Shown: positions 38,743 through 48,684, counted from the stretch's first letter. The stretch is DNA of 64,000 bases from an uncultured delta proteobacterium (GCA_963710575.1 CAVQAL010000006.1:245349-309348); one strand, 5' to 3'. The notes: a model not told the origin generated them from the letters alone. Made by a program: numbers and translations.

Positions 38743-39555
38743 TTGGAAAACGCGTTTGATACTTACATCATGGAGAATGAAGAGGAGGCTTATCGCCTTG
38801 AGAAAAAAACAGATCCTAAAGATTTACGCCGACAGGCTCGATGGTGTGGGATCAAACCGGGTCAGCGCCTCCTTGATCTGGGTTGCGGTCCGGGAAAAAC
38901 GACTGCGATCCTCCACGAGATGATTCAACCAGGCGGGTCGAGCGTCGGGCTTGATGCTTCGCCGGAACGGATCGCCTATGCCCAGAAACATTATGGAAAC
39001 AAAGTGGGGATCGAATTCGTCGTTCACAACCTGACGAAGCCTTTAAGCCGCTTCGGTAAATTTGATGCCGTTTGGGTTCGATTCGTCCTGGAATATTTTC
39101 GTCAGGAAAGTCGGGATATCGTCAAAAATGTTGCGGACAGTCTGCATTCAGGTGGCTTATTATGCTTGGTTGATCTGGATCACAATGCCCTCAACCACTA
39201 TGAAATGCCTGCGCCGATGGTAAAGATCCTTCCCGAACTTTCTCGTCATTTGGAAGAAAGCTACAATTTCGATGCGTACGCCGGCCGTAAACTCTACTCC
39301 TATCTCTTCGATATGGGTTTTGAAGACATCGAGGTCAAAGTGATGGGCCATCACGTGATTTATGGAAAGAGTCGGAAGGTAGACAGTTACAACTGGACAA
39401 GAAAAATTGAAGTGACGGCGCCGCGTCTGGCGCACCTTTTCGAGACATACTCCGGCGGATATCAGCAGTTTCTTGTGGATTTCCGGGAGTTCTTCCATAG
39501 TCCCCGGCGGTTTACCTATTCCCCCTTGATCCTGTGCAAAGGGAGAAAGCCCTGA
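38743..39555 (+). CDS. Class I SAM-dependent methyltransferase (270 aa)
   Basis: Motif I LLDLGCGPGK and post-I/II acidic residues. TTG start at 38743 lies 7 nt after AGGAG. ATG 38770 is an alternative start. Confidence 0.8.
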   Translation: MENAFDTYIMENEEEAYRLEKKTDPKDLRRQARWCGIKPGQRLLDLGCGPGKTTAILHEMIQPGGSSVGLDASPERIAYAQKHYGNKVGIEFVVHNLTKPLSRFGKFDAVWVRFVLEYFRQESRDIVKNVADSLHSGGLLCLVDLDHNALNHYEMPAPMVKILPELSRHLEESYNFDAYAGRKLYSYLFDMGFEDIEVKVMGHHVIYGKSRKVDSYNWTRKIEVTAPRLAHLFETYSGGYQQFLVDFREFFHSPRRFTYSPLILCKGRKP

Positions 39556-39666
39556 AACCGGGGTGACCTGCCCCCCGAAAACTGTTCCAGGGTATAAGTT
39601 AGGATTGGACCTGCCGGGCTAATATTAACTTTCTCGTCAAACTTAATGTTAATTAAATAATTTATT

Positions 39667-39743
39667 ACTTCCTGTAATGTTGTTTTTCTCATTTTCACGA
39701 ATATGCAACATTTCAATCCGTAATACACCAAATTCATGCTCGA
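39667..39743 (+). repeat. Interspersed repeat family B, copy 1 (short form)
   Basis: acttcctgtaatgttgtttttctcattttcacgaatatgcaacatttcaatccgtaatacaccaaattcatgctcg. The 5' 21-mer is identical to 58758-58778. The 3' 32 nt match 59642-59673 at 28 of 32 positions. The internal inverted repeat is AATGTTG...CAACATT. Confidence 0.8.
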
Positions 39744-39806
39744 TGAAAAAAATTAAACATCACATTTAGTTTCCTGTGCCCTTTTCCGTCAATTTTGGCG
39801 AGGCAA

Positions 39807-41399
39807 TCAGTTTTTTTCCATTGTTTTAAGGAATTGAACTTTCGGCCATTCTTCCATGGTGTGGGACAGGCGCCATTCGCTCAGCGCCAGATAGACAAGA
39901 TTATCTTCCGTATCCCGGGCAAGGTTCATTGAATTTTTCTTTTGAAAATCTTCCAGCATTTTGGCATCGTCGCAGGTAACCCAGCGGGCGGCGGCATAAT
40001 CGGTTTTCTCGTAGTCGGCATAGACGCTGTATTCGTCTTTGAGTCGCGACATCGTTACATCAAATTGCAGGACGCCGACGGCGCCTAAGATATTATCCGA
40101 GCCCCACAAGGGCTTGAAAACCTGAATTGCGCCTTCTTCGGAGAGTTGAGTCAATCCTTTTTGCAGATGTTTTATTCTCAGCGGATCTTTTAAGCGCACG
40201 CGGCAAAAATGCTCCGGCGCGAAATGAGGAATGCCGGTAAACTTGAGCGGTTCTTTTTGTGTGAAGGTATCGCCGATCTTGATTGTTCCGTGATTATGGA
40301 TGCCGATAATGTCGCCCGGATAAGCCTCTTCTACATTTGTGCGATCCTGCGCCATAAAAATTGTGGCATTGGATAAAGAAATTTCTTTGCCGATACGGTG
40401 ATGGATCACATGCATCCCGCGCCGAAACTGGCCGGAACAAATCCGCAAAAACGCAATGCGGTCGCGGTGCGCCGGATCCATATTGGCTTGTATTTTGAAG
40501 ACAAAGCCGGAAAAATCTTCTTCATCGGGGCTGACTTCTCGGGTTGTTGTGGGACGCGCGACAGGCGGCGGAGCAATTTCCACAAAAGCATCCAGCAATT
40601 CCTTGACGCCGAAATTGTTGATGGCGCTGCCGAAGAAAACAGGCGTCTGGCCGGCCTTCAAATATTCTTTGAGATCGAAGGGATTAGCCGCGCCTTCCAG
40701 CAGGGCGACTTCATCCCTCAATTCATTAGCCTGGCTTTCCAATAATTCATCGAGAAGCGGATCGGATAAATCGCTGATGACAACTCCACCTTCCGAACGC
40801 CGTGCTTTGCCGGGTGTAAACAGATGCAATTTTTTATCGTAAAGATTGTAAACGCCTTTAAAGCGTTTGCCCATGCCGATGGGCCAGGAAAGCGGCGAGC
40901 ATTCTATTTGCAGTTTGTCTTCAATATCCGCCAGAATATCCAGCGGCGCCAGAGAATCACGATCCATCTTATTAATAAAAGTTATGATCGGCGTATTGCG
41001 CAGACGGCATACTTCCATGAGCTTCTGTGTTTGCGTCTCGACGCCTTTGGAGCCGTCTATAACCATGAGCGCGCTATCCACAGCAGTCAGCACGCGGTAG
41101 GTGTCCTCCGAAAAGTCTTGATGGCCGGGCGTATCCAAAAGATTTATTTCGCAATCCGCGTATTCGAATTTCATGACCGACGAGGTGACGGAAATGCCGC
41201 GGTCTTTTTCGATGGCCATCCAATCGCTCAGAGCGTGCTTTGACGCTTTACGGGCCTTGACCGCTCCGGCAAGCTGGATCGCTCCGCCGAACAGCAAAAG
41301 CTTTTCGGTGAGCGTGGTCTTGCCCGCGTCGGGATGACTGATAATGCCGAATGTGCGGCGGCGTTCAATTTCTTTTTGTAAAAGTTTGCTCAAAAACAA
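39807..41399 (-). CDS. prfC: Peptide chain release factor 3 (GTPase)
   Basis: [16 protein letters not shown] (G1), DTPGHQDF (G3) and NKMD (G4), with an RF3-length C-terminal region. The start is a TTG (41399 or 41393). Confidence 0.9.
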   Translation of the reverse strand: MFLSKLLQKEIERRRTFGIISHPDAGKTTLTEKLLLFGGAIQLAGAVKARKASKHALSDWMAIEKDRGISVTSSVMKFEYADCEINLLDTPGHQDFSEDTYRVLTAVDSALMVIDGSKGVETQTQKLMEVCRLRNTPIITFINKMDRDSLAPLDILADIEDKLQIECSPLSWPIGMGKRFKGVYNLYDKKLHLFTPGKARRSEGGVVISDLSDPLLDELLESQANELRDEVALLEGAANPFDLKEYLKAGQTPVFFGSAINNFGVKELLDAFVEIAPPPVARPTTTREVSPDEEDFSGFVFKIQANMDPAHRDRIAFLRICSGQFRRGMHVIHHRIGKEISLSNATIFMAQDRTNVEEAYPGDIIGIHNHGTIKIGDTFTQKEPLKFTGIPHFAPEHFCRVRLKDPLRIKHLQKGLTQLSEEGAIQVFKPLWGSDNILGAVGVLQFDVTMSRLKDEYSVYADYEKTDYAAARWVTCDDAKMLEDFQKKNSMNLARDTEDNLVYLALSEWRLSHTMEEWPKVQFLKTMEKN

Positions 41400-41500
41400 C
41401 CTCTTCGTATCTATTAATTAAGGGGCGTATATTCACTATAATGAAATATCTGTCAACAGGGAATATTAAAAGCATGAAACATTTTTAAATTGCTTTTTTT

Positions 41501-41548
41501 GTCATACCGGTCATGGATGCCCTTTAGGGTACGTAGGCCGGTATCCAG
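41501..41548. repeat. REP-like unit (family C, long-loop form): GTCATACCGG...CCGGTATCCAG
   Basis: The inverted termini GTCATACCGG / CCGGTATC-CAG enclose ~27 nt. The frame is the reverse of the unit at 41589-41616. Confidence 0.7.
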
Positions 41549-41588
41549 ACGTTTTTCCGGCGAAAGCAGGAAACCATTTATAAGAATA

Positions 41589-41616
41589 CTGGATTCCGTA
41601 TCAAGTACGGAATGAC
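41589..41616. repeat. REP-like hairpin unit (family C): CTGGATTCCGTA-tcaag-TACGGAATGAC
   Basis: Perfect 8-bp stem ATTCCGTA/TACGGAAT. Same flanks as 36136-36162 and 48754-48780, with compensatory changes in the stem. Confidence 0.8.
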
Positions 41617-41674
41617 AAAGGAATAAGGAATTATTATTTTTTCAAGGGTATTCGTATATCACTCGCCTCATTTC

Positions 41675-42640
41675 TTACGCTGTATAAACTACAACGTTAT
41701 CTACCATATTTTCTTTGATGGCGCTTTCAGCTTTTAGTTCCTTCAAATAGGTAAGAGTTTCATTCAATGCCATAAAATTATCGAAATCAGAAAGATTAGG
41801 GCCGAATATTTCCCGGGAAACAGCATAAGTTGTTTTGGGTTCCGCGTTCAAACGATCAAAAACCATCTTTTTTCTTTTTTTATGGTGCCCGCGTATTTCT
41901 CCCAATCTTTCCTTCAAATCGATAAATGAGTTGCCATGTCCCGGATATATGGAGGCGATGGGCAATTTCTCTATATCGCTTAAGGAATCCAGATAAGTTG
42001 CCAGCGGACAAAAATTATCATCAAATATATTGGGACTTAGGATCGGCGCTATGTAGGGCAGAATGTGATCACCGGCCAGCAGGAAACTTTCCTTGGGGAA
42101 GAAAAAGCAAACATGCCCGGCAGCATGTCCGGAAGTGAAAATGACTTCGAATTTCCAATCGCCAAATTCACGAATTTCGTTGTTCTGTAAAAAATTATCG
42201 GCATGAAATTCAGTGATGATGCCGCGCATATCCTCATATTCTTCTATTACCGTGGCGATTTGCCCGGAAGTCATACCATGGCGCGCATAGAATTTTTTTA
42301 ACTGCTTCACCGCTGGATCAACCTGACGAAAATGTTGATATTCCTCAAAAGCCGCTTGGGAGAGATAAATTTTCGCCTCTGTTTTTTTTTGCAGTAACCC
42401 TGCCATGCTGCAGTGATCCGTATGCACATGAGTCAAAAAAATATGTCTGATGTCATTAATGCCGAAGCCTGCGCTTGCCAAATCCTTCTCCAGAGTTTCA
42501 TAAGCGCCGGGCATATTGAGGCCGGTATCAAAAAGAGCCAGATCCCCATCGTGAGCGAGAAGATAAGCATGCACATGTTTTAAACGATAAGGCATCGGCA
42601 AAGTTATACGGTAAAAGTTAGTTTGAATTTCGCTAATCAT
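41675..42640 (-). CDS. MBL-fold metallo-hydrolase (321 aa)
   Basis: HxHxDH motif THVHTDH plus downstream His/Asp ligands (SGHAAGH, GDH). The start overlaps the typA stop (ATGA). Confidence 0.8.
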   Translation of the reverse strand: MISEIQTNFYRITLPMPYRLKHVHAYLLAHDGDLALFDTGLNMPGAYETLEKDLASAGFGINDIRHIFLTHVHTDHCSMAGLLQKKTEAKIYLSQAAFEEYQHFRQVDPAVKQLKKFYARHGMTSGQIATVIEEYEDMRGIITEFHADNFLQNNEIREFGDWKFEVIFTSGHAAGHVCFFFPKESFLLAGDHILPYIAPILSPNIFDDNFCPLATYLDSLSDIEKLPIASIYPGHGNSFIDLKERLGEIRGHHKKRKKMVFDRLNAEPKTTYAVSREIFGPNLSDFDNFMALNETLTYLKELKAESAIKENMVDNVVVYTA

Positions 42641-44454
42641 TCTTCTTTGCGGCTTTTCTGCAGACGTTTTGTCGCGTCCAGCTCCATTTTTCGCAGGCGC
42701 ACGCTTTGGGGAGTTACTTCCACCAGTTCATTTTCAGAAATGAATTCAATGGCCTGATCCAGAGACAGAACACGCGGCGGCCGCAGAATTATGGTGGCAT
42801 CGGATGTGGATGCCCGCATATTCGTCAACTTCTTTTCTTTGGTGATATTAACATCCATATCGCCGGTACGGTTGCGCTCTCCGACTACCATTCCGCCATA
42901 AACTTCCGTGCCGACTTCCACGATCATTTCTCCACGGTCTTCCATGGCGAAGCTGGCGTAAGACGTAATCCGTCCTGGGCGGTCAGCCACTAAAACACCG
43001 CTCATGCGTTGAGGAATCGGGCCGAACCAGAGAGCATAATTTTCCAACAGTGAATTCATTACTCCGCCGCCTTTGGTGTCCGTCAAGAACTGGCTGCGAA
43101 AGCCGATTAAACCTCTCGACGGGATGAGAAACTCCATACTGACTCTGCCACTGCCTTTATTCACAAGGCTCTCTAATCGCCCCTTGCGAATAGCCAATTT
43201 TTCCGTAATTTTTCCGACAAATTCTTCCGGTATATCCAGAAATAATCTTTCCACCGGTTCCACAATTTTGCCGTCTTGTTCTCTGGTGATGACCTGCGGG
43301 CGGGAGACCATTAATTCATAACCCTCGCGGCGCATGGTTTCAATTAATACTGCCATTTGCAATTCACCGCGTCCGCAAACTTCAAAGGCGTTGGTTTTTC
43401 CTAATTTCTTTATTTTGATGGCAACATTTCTCAGCGATTCCTTTTCCAGTCTCTCCAGCAAATGGCGTGAAGTGAGAAATTTACCTTCTTTGCCGGCGAA
43501 TGGACTGTCGTTGACATAAAATATCATGGATATGGTTGGCTCATCGACCAGCAGGCGGGGCAGCGGCTGCGGAGATATAAAAGAAGAAATTGTGTCGCCG
43601 ATAGTGACATTGTCCACTCCGGAAAGGGCTATGATGTCTCCGGATTCTGCTGCCGTTACAGGTTTTTTAGCCAGACCAATAAAAGTATATAGAGCACTTA
43701 GTTTCACACCGGGAATTATTTTATCCTGGGAGCAAAGGCTGTAGTTGGTATTCATTTCCAGTTTGCCGCTTTGCAGACGGCCGATGGCAATTTGTCCAAC
43801 ATAAGAATCATAATCCAGATTGGTAACCAGAAACTGCGTAATGGCTTCATCATCTCCCTGCGGAGCTGGTACGTGCTCAATAATTGCCTGAAGCAGCGGC
43901 TGCAGATCAGTGCTGTCATCGCCTAGTTTTTTATGGCTGACTCCGATTTTTGCTTGAGTGTAGAGAATGGGAAATTCTATTTGATTTTCTTCCGCACCTA
44001 AATCAATGAATAGATCGTAGGTTTCGTTGATAACTTCTTCAATGCGCGCATCCCTTCGATCAATTTTATTGATGACTAAAATTATCGGCAGACGCAAGGC
44101 CAGAGCTTTTTTTAAAACAAATCTTGTTTGCGGCAAAGGTCCTTCACTGGCATCAACCAGAAGAATTGCGCCATCAACCATATTGAGGCTGCGTTCCACT
44201 TCACCGCCGAAATCGGCATGGCCGGGCGTATCGACAATATTAATTTTTACCCCGTTGTACTCCACAGCGGTATTTTTCGCCGTGATGGTGATTCCCCGTT
44301 CTTTTTCCAGATCCATCGAATCCATAACGCGATCCTCTACCACCTGATTAGAACGAAAAACTCCCGTCTGTTTTAACAATGCATTGAGCAGCGTAGTTTT
44401 GCCATGATCGACATGGGAAATAATGGCAATATTTCTTAAATGATCTTTTTTCAT
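42637..44454 (-). CDS. typA: Translational GTPase TypA/BipA
   Basis: IAIISHVDHGKTT (G1), DTPGHADF and NKID motifs. The length and C-terminal domain are typical of BipA. Confidence 0.9.
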   Translation of the reverse strand: MKKDHLRNIAIISHVDHGKTTLLNALLKQTGVFRSNQVVEDRVMDSMDLEKERGITITAKNTAVEYNGVKINIVDTPGHADFGGEVERSLNMVDGAILLVDASEGPLPQTRFVLKKALALRLPIILVINKIDRRDARIEEVINETYDLFIDLGAEENQIEFPILYTQAKIGVSHKKLGDDSTDLQPLLQAIIEHVPAPQGDDEAITQFLVTNLDYDSYVGQIAIGRLQSGKLEMNTNYSLCSQDKIIPGVKLSALYTFIGLAKKPVTAAESGDIIALSGVDNVTIGDTISSFISPQPLPRLLVDEPTISMIFYVNDSPFAGKEGKFLTSRHLLERLEKESLRNVAIKIKKLGKTNAFEVCGRGELQMAVLIETMRREGYELMVSRPQVITREQDGKIVEPVERLFLDIPEEFVGKITEKLAIRKGRLESLVNKGSGRVSMEFLIPSRGLIGFRSQFLTDTKGGGVMNSLLENYALWFGPIPQRMSGVLVADRPGRITSYASFAMEDRGEMIVEVGTEVYGGMVVGERNRTGDMDVNITKEKKLTNMRASTSDATIILRPPRVLSLDQAIEFISENELVEVTPQSVRLRKMELDATKRLQKSRKEE

Positions 44455-44698
44455 TTTCTTAAATCCTTCTGGGTTATGGTTTTGAACTGAATTATATGAT
44501 TTACAGCAGTTTTGAACACAACCAATTTTTACTTAGGGATGGATGAAAACGTTTTATCTTAAGAAGTATTATAACAAATAACTCTTATTAAAACCAGTTA
44601 TTTCTTTATTAGCAATTTTACCGCCTGTATTTAAAAATATAATAAGGTCGCTATGAAAAGATGCTTCGTGTTCATATTACCGTAAGTCAATAATGTTC

Positions 44699-44727
44699 TT
44701 GACTTGCAACCCCCTTTTTTTTATGCT
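44699..44727 (+). promoter_or_regulatory. Sigma70-like promoter (TTGACT-N17-TATGCT) upstream of the acyltransferase gene
   Basis: The -35 is at 44699-44704 and the -10 at 44722-44727, 45 nt before ATG 44772. Confidence 0.35.
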
Positions 44728-44771
44728 CACCAAAATTAATATAAATATTATGTATTTTTAGGAATGTCATT

Positions 44772-45677
44772 ATGCTGAATTTTTTACCGTCAGTTCTTGT
44801 GGGCGTAATCGCGGGATTTCTTCTCTTCATTAATGTGTTGTTTTGGGTGATCATTCTATTTTTGTTCTCCATTCCGAAAATCATTTTGCCCTGGCCGCCT
44901 TTTATTCGTGTAATCAACAAAGTTCTTCATTGGATTGGCGAAAGCTGGATTGCCGGTAACAGTGGATGGATGCGCCTGACCCAAAAAACCAAGTGGGACG
45001 TACAGGGATTGGAGGGTTTGAATTATCACGGCTGGTATCTGGTTGTCAGCAATCATCAATCCTGGGTCGACATACTGGTGATGCAGCATCTGTTGAATCG
45101 CCGCATTCCTTTCCTGAAATTTTTTATTAAGAGGGAACTTATTCGGGTGCCGTTAATGGGTTTTGCCTGGTGGGCGATGGACTTCCCGTTCTTATATCGA
45201 CACGGCGTCGAATACCTGAAAAAGCATCCCGAACAAAAAGGCAAAGATTTTGAAACAACGCGCCGGGCCTGCGAGAAATTTGCGTATATTCCCACCAGTG
45301 TGATGAATTTTCTCGAAGGAACACGCTTTACCAAAGCAAAGCACGACCGGCAAAATAGTGAATATAAATTTCTCCTGCGTCCCAAATCCGGCGGACTCGC
45401 GCTGGCGCTAGACGTGCTGGGCGAAAAATTTAATTCCGTGCTGGATATTACCATTGTGTATCCGGATGGAATTCCAACATTTAAGGAATTTCTCTGCGGC
45501 AAAGTCAAACGGATAACCGTGCGTGTCCGGACAATAGAAATTCCGCAACAGTTTCTGCATGGCGATTACGAAGGCGATCAGGCCTTTCGCGTTGCCATTC
45601 ACAAATGGGTGCAGCAGCTTTGGCGGGAAAAAGATCTGCTGATACAATCGCTGAGGGAAAAAGCCGGAGCAAAGTAG
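44772..45677 (+). CDS. Membrane-anchored lysophospholipid/glycerolipid acyltransferase (PlsC/YihG-like, 301 aa)
   Basis: N-terminal TM helices. Acyltransferase HX4D motif SNHQSWVDILV, plus FLEGTR (block III). Confidence 0.8.
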   Translation: MLNFLPSVLVGVIAGFLLFINVLFWVIILFLFSIPKIILPWPPFIRVINKVLHWIGESWIAGNSGWMRLTQKTKWDVQGLEGLNYHGWYLVVSNHQSWVDILVMQHLLNRRIPFLKFFIKRELIRVPLMGFAWWAMDFPFLYRHGVEYLKKHPEQKGKDFETTRRACEKFAYIPTSVMNFLEGTRFTKAKHDRQNSEYKFLLRPKSGGLALALDVLGEKFNSVLDITIVYPDGIPTFKEFLCGKVKRITVRVRTIEIPQQFLHGDYEGDQAFRVAIHKWVQQLWREKDLLIQSLREKAGAK

Positions 45678-45767
45678 TACTTGTAATTTCTTAAACTGCA
45701 ACCGGTAGTCTCGGTAAAACGAAGTTCGTATGTTAATTGTTACGCCTTAAAACAAAGAGAGTATTTT

Positions 45768-46526
45768 ATGTCTGATATTATGGAAAGTAACTATGCTCAA
45801 ATTAAATCATACGTTGAACGAAACAAATTTTCGTTTGACGAATCTGAAGAACAAAACTGTAAGCGACTTGACGTAAAACATGGGAAAGCTCATTGCGCTA
45901 TTAAGGTTTATAGCACTGGTACTATTCAGTTACAGGGGCCAGAGAGTAAACTTAAGGAAGTGCTTAATGAAGCTAAAATTGCGGTGGAAAATGAAGAAAG
46001 TATTGGCGAAATGCTCCCTTTCGAAATTGAACGTTTTCCATCACTGCTCAAAGAACGAATCCCATCGATTGATCCTGTAATTGTTCGCTTCATCGAAGAA
46101 TCAATTGTCGCAATAAAAGCCGGATCAAATCTTGGTTGTGCGTTTTTGCTTGGTGGCGCATCAGAGCGAGCAATACTTTTACTTGTTGATACTTATACTA
46201 ACGCCATACCTGACGAAAAAATGCGAACTTCTTTTATCTTGCGTACTTCAAATAAGTACATTGCCAAAGTATTTGATGAATTTAAGGGGTCTTGGAAAAG
46301 CTCACTTAATAAACCAAAAGGTTATGGTTGGGCTAACGATATCGAAATAAAAGTTGAACAGATATTTCAGTTTTGCCGGATTTGTCGGAATGAGGCAGGA
46401 CATCCACACCTACCACCGAATCTTGATAAGGGCGTTCTTCTTGCAAATATGGGTCAGTTTGTAAAGTATGTAGAAGATCTGTATGAGCTTGTTGGCTACT
46501 ATAGTATAAATCAGGTACAATTTTAG
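45768..46526 (+). CDS. Uncharacterised two-domain protein: N-terminal RNase-HIII-N/TBP-like domain plus C-terminal HEPN-like helical domain with an RNEAGH (Rx4H) motif (252 aa)
   Basis: The N-terminal segment HCAIKVYSTGTIQLQGPESKL resembles the (V/I)xxYxSGKxxxQG signature of the RNase HIII N-terminal domain. The C-terminal part has a helical IEESIVAIKAGSNLGCAFLLGGASERAILLL segment and then FCRICRNEAGHPH. The gene is low in GC (~33% in the first 120 nt, counted by hand). Confidence 0.6.
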   Translation: MSDIMESNYAQIKSYVERNKFSFDESEEQNCKRLDVKHGKAHCAIKVYSTGTIQLQGPESKLKEVLNEAKIAVENEESIGEMLPFEIERFPSLLKERIPSIDPVIVRFIEESIVAIKAGSNLGCAFLLGGASERAILLLVDTYTNAIPDEKMRTSFILRTSNKYIAKVFDEFKGSWKSSLNKPKGYGWANDIEIKVEQIFQFCRICRNEAGHPHLPPNLDKGVLLANMGQFVKYVEDLYELVGYYSINQVQF

Positions 46527-46628
46527 ATATAACTCACGGGATCGGCGTGTAGGTATGTTGCCCCGTGAGCCTTGACGTTAACAGGTTAATCCCAATATTC
46601 GCCGGGGTTCCCTGCTGGGATGTGTTAC

Positions 46629-46860
46629 CAACAAAAATAGCGCTTTGATTTGGAAATGGTATTGCCCGGGAAATTTTCACCAACATGGCGAAAACTCCAT
46701 TTATAATTGTAATACCGAGTTGCTTCAAAAGATAACGCGGCGGCAAGGAGGAGGCTCCGCAGGCGTATTATTAATACGTTGAGGAAGCCGACGACGATGC
46801 CAACAAAGTTAACCAAAGACCGAGGGGAGCACCCCGTAGGGGAGCGCATAGCAAATTAAT
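46629..46860 (+). repeat. Interspersed repeat family A, copy 3 (composite, ~1.3 units)
   Basis: Contains caacaaaaatagcgctttgat, atggcgaaaact, aaggaggaggctccgcaggcgtattattaatacgttgaggaagccgacgacgatgccaacaaag and gggagcaccccgtaggggagcgcata. Each segment matches a part of the copies at 34264-34395 and/or 38423-38571. Confidence 0.8.
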
Positions 46861-46919
46861 AATTTACCTTACCGGGAATTGACGCCGTTCGGGCGGCATT
46901 TCCTTGCGACTTGGTATAA

Positions 46920-48212
46920 TTAAACTGCCATTGGCGATCTCGGCGACCATAAAGACCGGTTACTATTGTCGAAGGAACGTCGCGCCGGACTTCTTTTTGT
47001 TTGCGGCCGGGTAGAAAAAAGTTTTCTGCCTCCATTGAACTTCATTTCCTTCGCGCCTCGACTGCTATGAGCAGGGGCTTTGTCTGACGGGATTCCGCTG
47101 GTTAATCCGTCAACACTGCGGTATTGGAGTTTTTCCCCAAGCACTCTTTTCAGGGAATGGGCGAGTCCGGCATCATCGGCTGTTACAAAAGTAAAGGCAT
47201 CGCCGATTTTGGAGGCGCGCCCTGTTCTGCCAATGCGATGTGTGTAGGCATCCGCAGTCGACGGCATATCATAATTAATGACATGGGAGATTCTTGTCAC
47301 ATCAATGCCGCGGGCGGCGATATCTGTCGCCACCATGATTTCATAACGGCCGTCACGGAAGCCGTCAAGAGATTGCTGACGTTTCTGCTGCGATAAATTT
47401 CCATGCAGCGATGTAACTTTATATCCCGATTTGTCCAACTGCTGGGCAACACTTTTCGCGCGCGATTTTGTCCGGGTAAAGACTAAAACGGAATCCGTTT
47501 TGGTACTATCAAGAATACTTTTCAACAGCTCTGTTTTAGAACTCATTTGTACCGGGTAAAATTTATGTGTAACCGTTTCTACCGGCGCTGCGTGGCCGAT
47601 TTCAATATTGACGGGATTGAGCAGAAGATCATTTGCCAGACTTTTTATATCGTTGGGCATCGTAGCGGAGAAAAGCAGCGTTTGACGCTGTTTGGGAAGA
47701 TGTTTCACGATTTTCCGGACATCTGGCAGAAAGCCCATATCAAACATATGATCAGCTTCATCCAGTACCAGAACCTCTACATGGGACAAATCAATGGTAT
47801 TGCGCTGGATATGGTCAAGCAGGCGGCCGGGGCACGCGGAAACGATATCAACTTTATCACGGAGCCTTGTTATCTGGCCATTAATGTTCACTCCGCCATA
47901 AATGGAGGCGCTGTGGATTTGCGCCCTGCGTCCCAATTGTCCTATTGCTTTGTGGGTTTGCTCGCTCAATTCGCGCGTCGGCGCTATGATAAGGGCGCGG
48001 ATGTGACCGCTTGGCCCCTGCATAAGACGTTGCAATATCGGCAGCACAAAAGCCGCTGTTTTCCCGGTTCCGGTTTGGGCAAGCCCCATAACATCGCGGC
48101 CTTCCATAATCGGCGGGATTGATTTTAATTGAATTGGTGTTGGTACTTTGTAGCCTTGCGCCTGCACGCCGGCAAATATTTTCGCATGTAACTCAAACTT
48201 CTCAAAACTCAT
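46920..48212 (-). CDS. DEAD-box ATP-dependent RNA helicase (RhlE-like) with a basic C-terminal tail
   Basis: Q-motif FEKFEL...GYKVPTPIQ, Walker A AQTGTGKT, DEAD box VLDEADHM, SAT and HRIGRTGRA. Start set to ATG 48212 (MSFEKFEL). The track ORF extends to 48299. Confidence 0.9.
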   Translation of the reverse strand: MSFEKFELHAKIFAGVQAQGYKVPTPIQLKSIPPIMEGRDVMGLAQTGTGKTAAFVLPILQRLMQGPSGHIRALIIAPTRELSEQTHKAIGQLGRRAQIHSASIYGGVNINGQITRLRDKVDIVSACPGRLLDHIQRNTIDLSHVEVLVLDEADHMFDMGFLPDVRKIVKHLPKQRQTLLFSATMPNDIKSLANDLLLNPVNIEIGHAAPVETVTHKFYPVQMSSKTELLKSILDSTKTDSVLVFTRTKSRAKSVAQQLDKSGYKVTSLHGNLSQQKRQQSLDGFRDGRYEIMVATDIAARGIDVTRISHVINYDMPSTADAYTHRIGRTGRASKIGDAFTFVTADDAGLAHSLKRVLGEKLQYRSVDGLTSGIPSDKAPAHSSRGAKEMKFNGGRKLFSTRPQTKRSPARRSFDNSNRSLWSPRSPMAV

Positions 48213-48684
48213 TTCTTCTTTTTCCTTTTTTCCTTCATTTTCAGTATTGGTGACATTTGAACCCATTTCCAATCGTTGCGTGCATATAAACTGTTTCATT
48301 CGCTGATCTTGCGTCTGAAAGACAGACTAGAAACATCACATTATAGCTGGATTCTATTACGATTAGCTGGATTTTCCTGCCGAAGTTTCCAAGAGAAAAA
48401 AGTTAGGAAGGTAATTAACTATCGTTATCACGAGGCACTCTTTACAGGTATAACTCACAAATAGCAAGGAATATCTTTATGCCTGTGTTAATCATTCTTA
48501 AACCTCATAAATTGTTTGTCGGATATTCTGCCTTCACAGATACCAATATAACAAAAATATCTTGACATATTCCTTATAATATTTAACTGTATGGTTAAAC
48601 CAAACGGTTAAAACAAGACTTGCAAAAAAAGTTTCTGTATTATTGGATTCTCACCTTCGGGATTGTATCGTAATTACTGCTTGT

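Noticed and set aside
46685-46735. Mini-ORFs starting at the conserved atggcgaaaact of repeat family A (MAKTPFIIVIPSCFKR here; MAKTSFRIGELPLI... at 34371).
   Set aside because: Peptide conservation stops after six residues while nucleotide similarity continues. The lengths differ (16 vs 31 codons), and there is no RBS. The conservation is at the DNA/RNA level.
48562-48625. TetR operator or promoter candidate: TTGACA and TATAAT strings, and the direct repeat GGTTAAAC-caaac-GGTTAAAA upstream of the efflux operon.
   Set aside because: The -35 and -10 hexamers are only 7 nt apart, so they cannot work as a pair. The repeat is direct rather than palindromic. The site is ~220 nt from the TetR start, with REP-like repeats in between. 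It is too weak to call.
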